A DNA stretch of 64,000 nt from Acidobacteriota bacterium (GCA_965219855.1 CBDCOR010000029.1:28886-92885); one strand, 5' to 3'. Counted from the first letter of the stretch, positions 27,454 to 37,149 are shown. Notes: a model not told the origin generated them from the letters alone. A program made the numbers and translations.

Positions 27454-28214
27454 GTGGAGGCAACTTGACCCGGCTTCGCGAGTGCCTTGTCCAGCTGCAT
27501 CTACCAGCCTTTCGGGAGCACTCCGCCGCCCAGGCGGCACTGGCTACCCAGGAAAGTCTGTCCTATCCCCGGTTTCTCTTGTCGTTATCTGAGATCGAAG
27601 TGGCGGAGCGGCACGAGCGCAAAATCCAGCGCCTGCGCCGAATCTCGAAGCTTCCCTGGGAGAAAACGCTGACGGCGTTGGACCGCTCGCGCTTGCCCCA
27701 AAGCGTGGATCGACAACTGACGGCGCTGCTGGAAGGTACGTTTTTGGATCGCGCCGAGAACGTCTTGGCTTTCGGCAACCCTGGAAGCGGCAAGACGCAT
27801 CTAGTCTGTGCTCTGGGGCAGGAGTTGATTCTGCTGGGGCGCCGGGTTCTATTCTCTACCTGCGCCCTGCTGGTACAGCGATTGCTGCGGGCCAAAATCG
27901 ATCTGACTCTGGAGAAGGAGCTCAAGAAACTGGATCGCTTCGAGGCTCTCATAGTCGATGACATCGGCTACGTTCAGCAAAGTCGGGAGGAAATGGAGGT
28001 TCTTTTCACACTGCTGGCCCATCGCTACGAACGCCGCAGCATCTTGCTGACCAGCAACCTGATCTTCTCGGACTGGGAGAGGATCTTCAAGGACCCCATG
28101 ACGACGGTGGCGGCGATTGATCGGGTGGTGCACCACAGCGTGATTCTGGAACTCAACGTCTCGAGCTACCGAATGGAGAGCGCCAAGAAGAAACAGCAGG
28201 AAACCACGAAATGA
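27450..28214 (+). CDS. istB: IS21-family helper ATPase IstB
   Basis: Walker A GNPGSGKTHL and Walker B LIVDDIGY. The ATG overlaps the istA stop (ATGA). Confidence 0.92.
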   Translation: MSGGNLTRLRECLVQLHLPAFREHSAAQAALATQESLSYPRFLLSLSEIEVAERHERKIQRLRRISKLPWEKTLTALDRSRLPQSVDRQLTALLEGTFLDRAENVLAFGNPGSGKTHLVCALGQELILLGRRVLFSTCALLVQRLLRAKIDLTLEKELKKLDRFEALIVDDIGYVQQSREEMEVLFTLLAHRYERRSILLTSNLIFSDWERIFKDPMTTVAAIDRVVHHSVILELNVSSYRMESAKKKQQETTK

Positions 28215-28572
28215 GGAAACCGCGAGGAGTTCAAATCCGGGCAAATCGGCTGATTGGCCCCTGGGAAGTGCTTGGTGGGGACGATAGACGAGTGCCCGCT
28301 AAGGGGAGAGGTCGTACAGCGCCCTACAGAGGCCGCTCAGGAGCCTCGTGGATCTGGTCCACTCCCCTCGACGCCGGCGCGAGCGAGGGGGAGCTCCGTT
28401 CGGGCTACGCCCTCACTCCATCCCCCTCGCATTCTAAAAACAATCTCTCTTTTTTACAGAAAGGAGGACCCCGAAAAGAGTCGTCTCAGAGGACGGCTAC
28501 AGCTCTTTTTTTTTATCCCTCGTGTGGGGATTTCCAATTGTCGCTGCGGGAATTCCATTTGTCGTTGATCAC

Positions 28573-28692
28573 CCACTCGTGGCGAGCCGCCGCAGTCGTA
28601 CTTGTAGAGTACGTCGAGGAGGCCGACCGAGCATAACACAGCCAGGGCGGATGATTGCGGCGTCGCAGTAGACCAGCGATGAGAAATGCGGG
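28573..28692. mobile_element. MITE-like element copy B, right part
   Basis: It continues copy C's sequence exactly from CCACTCGTGGCGAGCCGCCGCAG... to ...AGCGATGAGAAATGCGGG, followed by CTAA (28693-28696). Left part plus right part minus the 5-bp duplication gives 189 bp, the length of copy C. Confidence 0.85.
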
Positions 28693-29964
28693 CTAACCCC
28701 GGGAGGTGACTTGGAGTTCGGCGCTTGCGATCGGGAGCTCGTCTGTATCCTGGTGCTTGGAATCTGGAATTTGTCTGTATCTTGTATCTTGTATCTTGGA
28801 GCTTCCAGCGGCTGCCGCTGGCGGTTCCGCAATCTCGGTATCGAGACTCCTCGGTACTCTATCGATGTAAGCAATCTCGGGAATCTCATCCTTGGCAGGG
28901 ACGCCCAGTTCCTTGAAGCGTCGGGCCTGTACGAAGACGCGTCGCTCGAATGAACCCACCGTCTCGTTATACGTCTGCACAGTTCGGCTGAGATTCGATC
29001 CCAGCCGGGAAAGATGGTCGGCGAGGTTGAAAAGACGGTCGTGGAGATCCTGTCCCAGACTTCGAATCTCCTCGGCGTTCTGCTTTAGTCTCTCTTCCTT
29101 CCAGCCATACTCAACAGCCTTGAGCAGGGCAATCAGGGTGGTGGGAGTTGCCACGAAGACACCCTTTTGGATTCCTCGTTCCAGTAGCTCGGGGTCGTAT
29201 CGCAAAGCCGCGCCATAGAGACTCTCCAGGGGTAGGAACAGGACCACAAATTCCGGACTTGCCTCGAGTTGCTTCCAATAGGACTTACCGCTGAGCAGCG
29301 TAATGTGCCTCTTGAGCTGCTGAGAGTACTCGACCATCAGACGTTCCTTCTCGGGCTCGTCTGAAGTCTCCAAAGCGCTGAGATAGGCTTCCAGAGGTAC
29401 CTTGGCGTCGACGGCAATCTGGCGCTGGTTGGGCAGGTAGACAATTAGGTCGGGACGCAGACGCGAGTTCTCGGCGATCAGAGTTTGCTGCACACGGAAG
29501 TCACAATGCTCGACCATGCCCGCCAGTTCCACCACTCGCTTGAGGCTGATTTCTCCCCATTTACCCCGGACCTGAGGCGATCTTAGCGCGGCTACTAGAC
29601 TACCGGTCTCCTTTCGCAACTCGACCTGGGTCTGAGCGACGTTCTCCAGATACTGGTGTAGGCCTCCGTAGGCAGACTCGCGCTTTCGCTCCATATCGGC
29701 GAGCTGGGTCTTGTACTGCTCCAGCATATCCTGAAGCGGTTGAACCGACTCTCGTATCGCCTGCTCCTTGAGGGCCAGCTCCCCTTTGGCTTCGGAGTGA
29801 AAGCCACCCAGGCTGGACTTGGCCAGATCCAGGAAGGACTGGTTGTTGCGGCTCAAGGCTTCGGCCGCCAGATTGCGAAACACCAGTCGCATCAAGACGA
29901 AGAGAAAAAGCGCTCCCAGCAGGAAACCAGTCAAAAGCAACCCTACAGTGAGACCACTGACCAT
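28693..29964 (-). CDS. rmuC: DNA recombination protein RmuC
   Basis: 423 aa with an N-terminal TM helix, a coiled coil and the RmuC nuclease-like core (..VEHCDF..PDLIVYLPN.R.IAVDAKVPLEAY..FVVLFLPLESLY..). The C-terminal tail of about 35 aa is encoded by a 7-nt-periodic low-complexity tract. Confidence 0.85.
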   Translation of the reverse strand: MVSGLTVGLLLTGFLLGALFLFVLMRLVFRNLAAEALSRNNQSFLDLAKSSLGGFHSEAKGELALKEQAIRESVQPLQDMLEQYKTQLADMERKRESAYGGLHQYLENVAQTQVELRKETGSLVAALRSPQVRGKWGEISLKRVVELAGMVEHCDFRVQQTLIAENSRLRPDLIVYLPNQRQIAVDAKVPLEAYLSALETSDEPEKERLMVEYSQQLKRHITLLSGKSYWKQLEASPEFVVLFLPLESLYGAALRYDPELLERGIQKGVFVATPTTLIALLKAVEYGWKEERLKQNAEEIRSLGQDLHDRLFNLADHLSRLGSNLSRTVQTYNETVGSFERRVFVQARRFKELGVPAKDEIPEIAYIDRVPRSLDTEIAEPPAAAAGSSKIQDTRYRQIPDSKHQDTDELPIASAELQVTSRG

Positions 29965-29997
29965 CCCACAACAATACGTCGATCCCCTGACAATTCG

Positions 29998-31416
29998 TCA
30001 GGAGCGAGGGGAGGCTTTTGGGGTAGCGAAATAGAGGACTCTTGTCCCTGAGGGTAGGACTTCTCGACGCTCCACTTCGAAGAGGGATCCTAGGCAACGC
30101 TCGAAGTGGTCGAGCTCGTAATCCTGATACTGGTCCTCTTTGTTGCGCAGAAGAACCTCTACCATGGGATCGTTTTTGGTGACGAACTCGATGACGAGTG
30201 CGCTCTCGAGGTCTGCGAGCCACTGCAGGAAGTCGCCGACAGGGACGTTGGCGCCGATCACCATGTGATGGATGAGGGCCAGGCAAAGGGTTAGTTGAGG
30301 TCTGCCTCGGCCGGTGATTGCCTTGCGCTCCAAGCAGCGCCACCCGAGATCGGGTGAAGGGTCTGCCAGATTGAGCACCAGCGGCAGGATGGTACTGCAG
30401 CCCTCCTGGCTGAGTGTACGGTAGAAGAGCTCGATTGCGGCTGGATCTTGATCCATAGCGACCACGTAGTCCGAGTTCTCCGCACAGATACGCGAGAAGG
30501 AACCGGTGTTGCAGCCTAGATCCCAGGCCAGATTCCAGCGTCGAGATTGGGCAGCCTCTCTGACAAAGTCAGTCTTGGCTTCGTGATCCTGACGGGAATA
30601 GGTGTTGTTGCTCGCATAGTCCGACCACTCCGATCGGGTCTGAGTCCAGGCAAGGCCGGATACAGTCTTGGTCAGGCGCTGTACATTGGCCGCGATCAAA
30701 TCTTTGCTGAATCCGGCTGTCTTGAGCATTCCCTTGGCATTGGCGTCCGACCGGCCGTAATGATTCTGTAGCCGGCTTTGTAGGTAGACGTGAGTCAACA
30801 CCCCTCCTCGCAGCAGATCTCGAGCGGACATCAGCTGCAGGCAATCTTGGGGAGAGATACCGTCAATGCTGCCTCGAAGCCAGGGTTGGAAGGGAATGTT
30901 CTTGTAGGACTGCAGGAAGAGTGGGTAGAGAAAAAGCTGGCAGAACTGACGATAGCCAACCCAGGGTTCTCCCGGGGAAAGTCGTTCGAAAGAAGGGATA
31001 TCGATGAAGACCGGTCGAGCTCCCTTCCACTGAAGATTGAAGGATGAGGCATCCTTCAGAATCATGCCCTCGGCAAGGGCCGCTGCAATCAGCTCAAGCT
31101 GGAGCAGAGCAGCGTCCTTGAGCATCTGGAAGCTCCATTCGTAGGGATAGGAAATAAAGGGAATTGTTTCGTGGCTGAGGAAGCCCGACCATTGTTCGGT
31201 TTTGGGAAGAGCTCCTTCGAGGCTCGCCGCTTCCACCGACCCTGTCCTGACGATCTTTCCAGCCTCCATCAAGCGTGGAAAGAAGCGAGTGGAGGACAGA
31301 ACCCGCCACTCTTCCAGAGCCCGCGCACTGAGCGCTCGGAGGACCTCTCCATTCCTGTAGAAGATTCGCCCCTGACGGTCTCGAAAGGAACCAGGCTCGC
31401 TCTGTAGATCAGACAT
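29998..31416 (-). CDS. class I SAM-dependent methyltransferase with a large N-terminal domain
   Basis: 472 aa. The C-terminal half carries SAM-binding motif I (AWDLGCNTGSFSRI) and post-I (VVAMDQD). The substrate is unknown. No SD is present upstream. Confidence 0.75.
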   Translation of the reverse strand: MSDLQSEPGSFRDRQGRIFYRNGEVLRALSARALEEWRVLSSTRFFPRLMEAGKIVRTGSVEAASLEGALPKTEQWSGFLSHETIPFISYPYEWSFQMLKDAALLQLELIAAALAEGMILKDASSFNLQWKGARPVFIDIPSFERLSPGEPWVGYRQFCQLFLYPLFLQSYKNIPFQPWLRGSIDGISPQDCLQLMSARDLLRGGVLTHVYLQSRLQNHYGRSDANAKGMLKTAGFSKDLIAANVQRLTKTVSGLAWTQTRSEWSDYASNNTYSRQDHEAKTDFVREAAQSRRWNLAWDLGCNTGSFSRICAENSDYVVAMDQDPAAIELFYRTLSQEGCSTILPLVLNLADPSPDLGWRCLERKAITGRGRPQLTLCLALIHHMVIGANVPVGDFLQWLADLESALVIEFVTKNDPMVEVLLRNKEDQYQDYELDHFERCLGSLFEVERREVLPSGTRVLYFATPKASPRS

Positions 31417-31428
31417 GCGTTGACAGTT

Positions 31429-31720
31429 CAGTGAGCAGTGAATCAGTGAGCAGTGAATCAGTGAATCAGTGAGCAGTGAATCAGTGAATCAGTGAGCAGT
31501 GAATCAGTGAGCAGTGAGCAGTGGGCAAGTGAGCAAGTGAACAGTGAGAAACAGTGATTAGTGAGCAGTATGGGCGATACTCAGCGATTTTCCAAGTTCT
31601 CATCCTGATATATGGCTAGTCACTTCGGATGCGGCTGATGTGACTTCACTGCTTTACTGCTTTACTGCTCACTGGCTCACTGCTCACTGGCTCACTGCTC
31701 ACTGATTCACTGCTCACTAC
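31429..31720. repeat. inverted pair of heptamer/octamer tandem arrays (CAGTGAG/CAGTGAAT versus CTCACTG/ATTCACTG)
   Basis: The left arm 31429-31570 holds about 18 units of CAGTGAG or CAGTGAAT. The right arm 31644-31720 holds about 10 reverse-complement units. The central spacer of about 73 bp is unique sequence. Confidence 0.9.
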
Positions 31721-31883
31721 TCTCATCGGCCTCGGGCGGGGCCTTGCGCATCCCGAGGAAGGCCAGAATCTTATGCCAGTACAGTTTGAGAATGACCACT
31801 AATCCAGCAATCCCTCCTAGGAGAAGCTGAAGGAAGAGGCTTCCTGTTCCTGGGTCAAGGTAGGCTAAAGGAGTGTAGATCAT
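31707..31883 (-). CDS. possible small membrane protein (58 aa, MIYTPLAYLDPGTGS...)
   Basis: This ORF is below the track threshold. It has one predicted TM helix (LFLQLLLGGIAGLVVILKLYW). Its last codons run into the right heptamer array, and there is no clear SD. Confidence 0.3.
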   Translation of the reverse strand: MIYTPLAYLDPGTGSLFLQLLLGGIAGLVVILKLYWHKILAFLGMRKAPPEADESSEQ

Positions 31884-31979
31884 GTCTTTGTAGGGAGCAC
31901 ATCCCCTCGCTTTCTGGCCGGGATTGTAGCAGATTGCGGCTCCCGTATCAAAACCCCTGGGTTATCGATTGTAAGGCAG

Positions 31980-33713
31980 TTGTCGATTGACACATCCCTG
32001 TCTGGACGTTTAGACTCCGCCGTTGTGAAGCACCTATTTCCCGTTTTCACACAGCCAAAGACAGCTCTCGCTCCCCTACTTCTCAGCCTCTCGCTGGGGA
32101 CAAGCCTCCTGATTGGCCAGGGGGGGAGCACGGGGCAGGACTGGCCCCACTATGGAGGCTCGTATCAGTTTTGGCGCTACAGTGCACTGGACCAGATCAA
32201 CCGGTCCAACATCAAGAAACTCACTCCCGTCTGGGCATTCCAGGCCGGTGTCGAGGACGGAGGGCTGCAAGCAACTCCGATTGTGGTGGACGGGGTCATG
32301 TATCTCACGTCTTCCTGGAATCGGGTCTTCGCCATCGACGCCGCCACGGGGAAGGAAGTCTGGCACTACTACTACGAGAATCCACGCCAGATAGGGATCA
32401 TCTACAGCCCCTGGAACCGAGGTGTGGCCGTTTCCGGCGGCCGCGTGTTCATGGGGACCCTGGACAACTATGTAGTCGCTCTCGACCAGAAGACGGGGCG
32501 TGAGCTGTGGAAGGTCAACGTTGAGGATCTACGCCAGTGTGGCTGCAACATCACTGGGGCTCCCCTGGTGGTGCGAGATAAGGTCATTGTCGGCGTTACC
32601 GGAGGTGATTCGGCCCATCGTGGCTACCTGAGCGCTTTCGACGCCGAGACCGGACGGATGGTCTGGCGTTTTTACACCATACCCGCTCCGGGTGAGAAGG
32701 GGCACGAAACCTGGGAGGGAGATAGCTGGAAGTATGGCGGCGGAGCCACCTGGATGACGGGCTCCTACGACGCGGATCTCGACCTGGTCTACTGGGGTGT
32801 CGGCAATCCAGCAGCCGACTTCTATGGAGGATCACGCAAAGGGGACAACCTTTACACCGACTGCGTGATTGCCCTGAATCCGGACACGGGAGAACTCAAG
32901 TGGTACTTTCAGCAGGTTCCACACGACGTCTGGGACTGGGATGCCGCCTACGAGTCGGTGCTTCTGGATCTGGTCGTGAAGGGTAAGAAGCGAAAGCTGC
33001 TGCTCAATACCAACAAGGGGGGCTACACCTTCGTCGTAGACCGTACTGACGGGAGCTTTGTCTCCGCCTGGCCGGTCGCAGAGAATATCAACTGGATTAC
33101 GGGTGTCGACGAGAAAGGCCGTCTGCTGGGCCGCAACGAACCGGTAGTCGGTGAGTCGACCTTCATTTGTCCCAGCATCGGAGGGGGCAGACAGTGGAAT
33201 CAAGGGACCTATTCACCCCGGACCGGTTGGTACTACACCACCGGAATCGAGTGGTGCCAGGAGGTCGTTGCCAAGGAAGAGGAACCCGTCGAAGGACTCA
33301 ACTTCTTCGGGGGAGCCTTCCAGATGCGGCCGCTCCCGAAGGGAGAGTCGCATGGGCATATGGACGCCTATGATCCGGTAACTGGCAAGAAATACTGGAG
33401 TTACCGTTCGAAGTACCCGCTTCTGGCTTCGCTCCTGGGGACTGCCGGCGATGTGATCCTGACCGGAGATGTCGAAGGATATTTCTTTGCTTTAGATGCG
33501 AAAACGGGTGACAAGCTTTGGAGCTTTCAAACCGGATCGGGTCACCGAGGTTCAGCCATTAGCTACTCGGTTGATGGAAGGCAGTACATCGCCACCCCGT
33601 CCGGCTGGGGATCGGCCGTAGCGGGGCTTTTCCCCCAACTCTGGCCCGAATCCGAAGACTTCCGGGCGGGTTCAACCCTGTTCGTTTTTGCGCTCCCTCA
33701 GGAGGAGAAATGA
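31980..33713 (+). CDS. PQQ-dependent dehydrogenase-like eight-bladed beta-propeller protein (divergent)
   Basis: 577 aa with quinoprotein blocks (WPHYGG..RYS.LDQIN, LQATPIVVDGVMY, AIDAATGKEVW, ALDQKTGRELW, GNPAADF...GDNLY, PHDVWDWD). The start is uncertain (TTG). Confidence 0.85.
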   Translation: MSIDTSLSGRLDSAVVKHLFPVFTQPKTALAPLLLSLSLGTSLLIGQGGSTGQDWPHYGGSYQFWRYSALDQINRSNIKKLTPVWAFQAGVEDGGLQATPIVVDGVMYLTSSWNRVFAIDAATGKEVWHYYYENPRQIGIIYSPWNRGVAVSGGRVFMGTLDNYVVALDQKTGRELWKVNVEDLRQCGCNITGAPLVVRDKVIVGVTGGDSAHRGYLSAFDAETGRMVWRFYTIPAPGEKGHETWEGDSWKYGGGATWMTGSYDADLDLVYWGVGNPAADFYGGSRKGDNLYTDCVIALNPDTGELKWYFQQVPHDVWDWDAAYESVLLDLVVKGKKRKLLLNTNKGGYTFVVDRTDGSFVSAWPVAENINWITGVDEKGRLLGRNEPVVGESTFICPSIGGGRQWNQGTYSPRTGWYYTTGIEWCQEVVAKEEEPVEGLNFFGGAFQMRPLPKGESHGHMDAYDPVTGKKYWSYRSKYPLLASLLGTAGDVILTGDVEGYFFALDAKTGDKLWSFQTGSGHRGSAISYSVDGRQYIATPSGWGSAVAGLFPQLWPESEDFRAGSTLFVFALPQEEK

Positions 33714-34489
33714 TCTGGCTTTCTCTGTTGTTGGTCCAGACAGTTGCCGATCCGGCAGTGCTACAGCGGGGAGAGGTTGTTTTCGCTCAAAGCTGTGCCA
33801 CCGGCTACTGTCATGGAGCAGCTGGAGCGGCAGGGCGTGGACCCCGGCTCCGGGGCCGCAGTCTTGACCGTGATCGTGTCTCCGGGGCGATTCGCGACGG
33901 CATCCCGCAATCGGCGATGCCCGGCTGGAAGGATCGTCTCTCGGAGCAGGATCTTTCAGCGGTGATCGACTATGTCATGAGCCTGGAGCATGCCGACGAA
34001 GCTGGACTGCCGGAGTATCCGATGCCTCCAGGCGTCGGTCCAGCAGCCTATGTGGACTTTCCCGGTCCGGCGGAGGCCAAGCAGGGACGCGACTGGTTCT
34101 TTGATGCCACCCGAGGCCTGCAGTGTTCTACTTGCCACTCGGTAGGTGGAAGAGGTATTGCCGTGGGTCCGGAATTGTCGGGTCCGAACCTTGAAGATCA
34201 GGATAACTTTCTCTCAAAGGTTCGAGCCTCGCGCTCTCAGCATGTACTAACCGCGACCCTGAAGGATAAGAGTGTTTTTCCCGCGCTGCGCTTCGAGCAG
34301 AGCGAGGGTTGGGTCAGGTTGTATGACTTGACGTCAGCCCCGCCTGTCCTGCGAACCTTCGAAGCCGCAACCATCGTATCACTTGTGAACACCAAGGATT
34401 GGTCCCACCAGTCGGTGACTCGAGATTACGAGGACGACGAGATAAAGTCGATTGTCAAATACCTGGGTTGGCAGCGTTCCCAGAAATAG
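33710..34489 (+). CDS. dihaem c-type cytochrome
   Basis: 259 aa with two CxxCH motifs (CATGYCH and CSTCH). It is coupled by an ATGA overlap to the PQQ-propeller gene. Confidence 0.8.
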   Translation: MIWLSLLLVQTVADPAVLQRGEVVFAQSCATGYCHGAAGAAGRGPRLRGRSLDRDRVSGAIRDGIPQSAMPGWKDRLSEQDLSAVIDYVMSLEHADEAGLPEYPMPPGVGPAAYVDFPGPAEAKQGRDWFFDATRGLQCSTCHSVGGRGIAVGPELSGPNLEDQDNFLSKVRASRSQHVLTATLKDKSVFPALRFEQSEGWVRLYDLTSAPPVLRTFEAATIVSLVNTKDWSHQSVTRDYEDDEIKSIVKYLGWQRSQK

Positions 34490-34897
34490 TCGACGTGTCG
34501 AGGCTGGCTTCCTTCTTGCTGGCCAGAATGCCCAAAGCCACATTCGAGAAGACTATTAGGGGCGGTCTGGGCCCCTTGAACCTGTGTGCCGAATCTGATT
34601 TCGAATCTGAGCGAGTAATCTAGTCTTTGAAGGATACTGCTAGAAGAATCGTGGACTGGCGTTCTTCCGAATGGTATATTCCCTAAATAGCACACGACGC
34701 ACGGTCGGGATTATCCACCTAGCACTGAGTCACGCCGCCCTCGACCCTCTTACGAGAAACGGGCTGCCTGGAGCGACGCAACAGGACGACTAAACGGCGT
34801 CTGCGCATTCGGTACAGGTTAGGCTGCCGATGCTACGACTGCACGCAGCGGCGCCCCTGATAAATCGGTCCAGGGTTTTTTCTTAAGGAGATAGGCT

Positions 34898-35578
34898 ATG
34901 ACCAAAGACAACACTGAAGAGTATGAGTTGGTGTCTCACTTTACCCTGCGACGGGTCGTGGGCGTTCTAGGCGTTGCGCTCCCCTTTGTCGTGGCGTTGT
35001 GGGGGTTCTCTCTCTGCAAGTGCTCCGAGATCCTACCTTCCATCAGCGCCTACTACAACCTGAGAACGCGCGACGTCTTCGTGGGCATTCTCTTTGTCTT
35101 TGCCTGGTTTTTGTTCACGTACAGAGGCTATGAGCGCAAGGACAACATCGCCGGTGATTTCGGCTGCTTCTTGGCGCTGGGTGTGGCGCTCTTTCCCAGT
35201 AGCGGGCCGGGATGGGAGAAGGCTGTACACTTCGTCTCTGCGGCCGGCCTTTTTCTCATATTGTCCTACTTCTCCCTGTACCTCTTCACCAAGTCCAAGT
35301 CGGAGGAAGACATCACTCCGGAGAAGAGGATTCGGAACCGCATCTATAGGGCATCTGGCGTAATCATACTGATCTGCATCGCGCTGATCGGGCTGTATTA
35401 TTGGCAATTGAAAGACACTGCCATTTCTGCCCTGAAGCCAGTCTTTTGGTTGGAATCTTTCGCACTATGGGCTTTTGGGATCTCCTGGTTCGTCAAGGGC
35501 GAGACGCTGTTCAAGGATCCTGAAATCCAGCCAAATGAGAACGAACCCGGTAGCGAAGGGCTGCCGATCAGTGCCTGA
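34898..35578 (+). CDS. integral membrane protein of unknown function
   Basis: 226 aa with about 6 predicted TM helices, a good SD (AAGGAG) and the motif SISAYYNLRTRDVFVG. I cannot assign a family confidently. Confidence 0.6.
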   Translation: MTKDNTEEYELVSHFTLRRVVGVLGVALPFVVALWGFSLCKCSEILPSISAYYNLRTRDVFVGILFVFAWFLFTYRGYERKDNIAGDFGCFLALGVALFPSSGPGWEKAVHFVSAAGLFLILSYFSLYLFTKSKSEEDITPEKRIRNRIYRASGVIILICIALIGLYYWQLKDTAISALKPVFWLESFALWAFGISWFVKGETLFKDPEIQPNENEPGSEGLPISA

Positions 35579-35855
35579 CTAACAAGTGGACTCCTTGCTC
35601 CGCTTCATCTAGGTGAGAAGTGCCGTCGAAAAGGAAGGTCTAAGTGAAGCCGCCTGGCACGGCCCGAGTGGACCGGAGTCGCCTTTTACCGAGTCGCCAG
35701 CAGCTTTGAGCGGTGCCGCCGATGACCATGACTGGTTGCAGTATCGAGTAGACCTCGCTTCAGTGGACGGCGGCAACACTCCCTACCTAGAGGAGGTTTC
35801 CATAGAGTGCGAGTAACGAAATAGAACCGGCCCCCAGGCCGATTTTTGGCAAAAC

Positions 35856-36335
35856 TCAACCGGCGCCCGCAGGATCGAAGGGTTTGGCTCCCACTTTCTG
35901 ACGCCATTGTTCCAAAAGTCTTCGCAGTGTGTCGACCTTTTCCGGCATGGATTCGGCGAGGTCATTCGCTTCGGAAAGATCCTTTCTGAGATTATAGAGC
36001 TCGAATCGATTTACCTCGAAGAAGTCGATCAGCTTGAAATCCCCCTCGCGTATGGCGCCTGAAGGCCCCACGCCTTCCCCATGACGGTGGGATGCCAGTG
36101 GAGAGCCGTTCGTTCCAACGAACCGGATTCCTTGAGAAGCGGCAGTAATCTCACCCCATCCAGCTGATCTTCGTTGGACACGTCCAAGCCGAATAGGCGT
36201 CGGTGAACCGCATGCCCTCTGCGGCAACCCGGTCCAGGTTTGGGGTTTCGTAGAATGAGCTGCCGTAGCAGCCCAGCTGATTCCAACCCAGGTCATCGGC
36301 CAGGATGAAAACGAAATTGGGAAGGACAGGTTCGC
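35856..36335 (-). pseudogene. sulfatase remnant (internally deleted and frameshifted)
   Basis: Three frames carry sulfatase pieces. The N-terminus is [44 protein letters not shown], the middle is ALHWHPTVMGK, and the C-terminus is GDFKLIDFFEVNRFELYNLRKDLSEANDLAESMPEKVDTLRRLLEQW. The total is far too short for an intact sulfatase. Confidence 0.7.
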
Positions 36336-36591
36336 TCGTCCGGCAGCCAGTACCCAGGCGTTTTGCTGCTCGCCAAATCTCCACACGTCATTCAAGGCGA
36401 CGTTGCTCTGACCACCGAAGAGGTATGCCTGGTTGTCGACCAGTGCTAGAGAATGACCGGAACGAGGATCTGGAGACGCATCCGGATTCTTGTCCTGCCA
36501 CTCGTCCGCACACAGATCGACTGCCAAGATCGGCACCAGAATCAGGAAACATACCAACCGGACGGCAAGGCGGGTCGGAGACACTGACAAC

Positions 36592-36885
36592 TCACGCGTC
36601 ATAGCCCTCTCCTCTCGAATCCTGGGGGAAGTGGCACCTTGCTACGAGTTGACTTAGCCGAAGATCTTCACGAATGGCATTGAGCGACAGGGGCGCTCCT
36701 ACCAACTCCGGTAGCCGCAGCATCAAGAGCTCCAGGTTGCCGAGGTTCTCCACCCGCTGAAGGCTGGTCAGCTCTTCTCGAATCAGAAGGTTTCGGTATT
36801 CGCGCGACCAGCGACGCGCCTGGCAAGAACAGACAATCTTGTAAAGACTGTTCGGTCCTTCAGATCTCATCGTTACTCCAGACAA
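36592..36885 (-). pseudogene. AAA-ATPase (DUF4143-type) fragment
   Basis: ARRWSREYRNLLIREELTSLQRVENLGNLELLMLRLPELVGAPLSLNAIREDLRLS matches the central region of DUF4143 ATP-binding proteins. No Walker region or C-terminus is present. Confidence 0.5.
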
Positions 36886-37149
36886 AGAGCTGTTTTCCTG
36901 GATTGGTCTGAAAAACTCGAAAAGGGTTCGAGTCTGCCTTTCCGGAGAGGTCGCAGCTCACTTTGAAGGAGGGTGTCATGAAGGGCCGTGACTTTAGGAG
37001 TATTGAAGCTGGTTCGAATGGAGATCGTAACAGCTCGCATCCGCCGAATGTGATCAATCCAGAGGGCATTCTTGCGCGCAGCCATGAACCCGTCTCTGAT
37101 GGTTCCGGTGATGACCTGGTCCCGAATCCGGCTCCAGTTCTTCGGGAAG

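Larger units (their letters stand above)
25902..28572 (+). mobile_element. IS21-family insertion sequence (about 2.67 kb)
   Basis: An istA-istB pair. The ends carry multiple repeated motifs (left TGATTGGCGACAGTTAGAATTTCCCACGACGACAAATAGAATTCCCC; right ...GGAATTCCATTTGTCGTTGATCA). CCACT is duplicated at 25897-25901 and 28573-28577. The right boundary is uncertain by 1 nt. Confidence 0.88.

Noticed and set aside
28222-28250. A tRNA-like T-arm motif (GGAGTTCAAATCCGGGC) downstream of istB.
   Set aside because: No acceptor stem, anticodon arm or D-arm can be drawn around it, and it lies inside the IS21 right end.
31429-31720. A CRISPR array as an explanation for the tandem CAGTGAG units (and for the hairpin arrays at 13.9 and 24.5 kb).
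   Set aside because: The units are 7-8 nt with no unique spacers of constant length, and there are no cas genes in the window.
35613-35816. A 67-aa ORF ending ..WLQYRVDLASVDGGNTPYLEEVSIECE.
   Set aside because: It looks like the extreme C-terminus of a larger protein with nothing upstream, so I treat it as a remnant within the decayed island rather than a gene.
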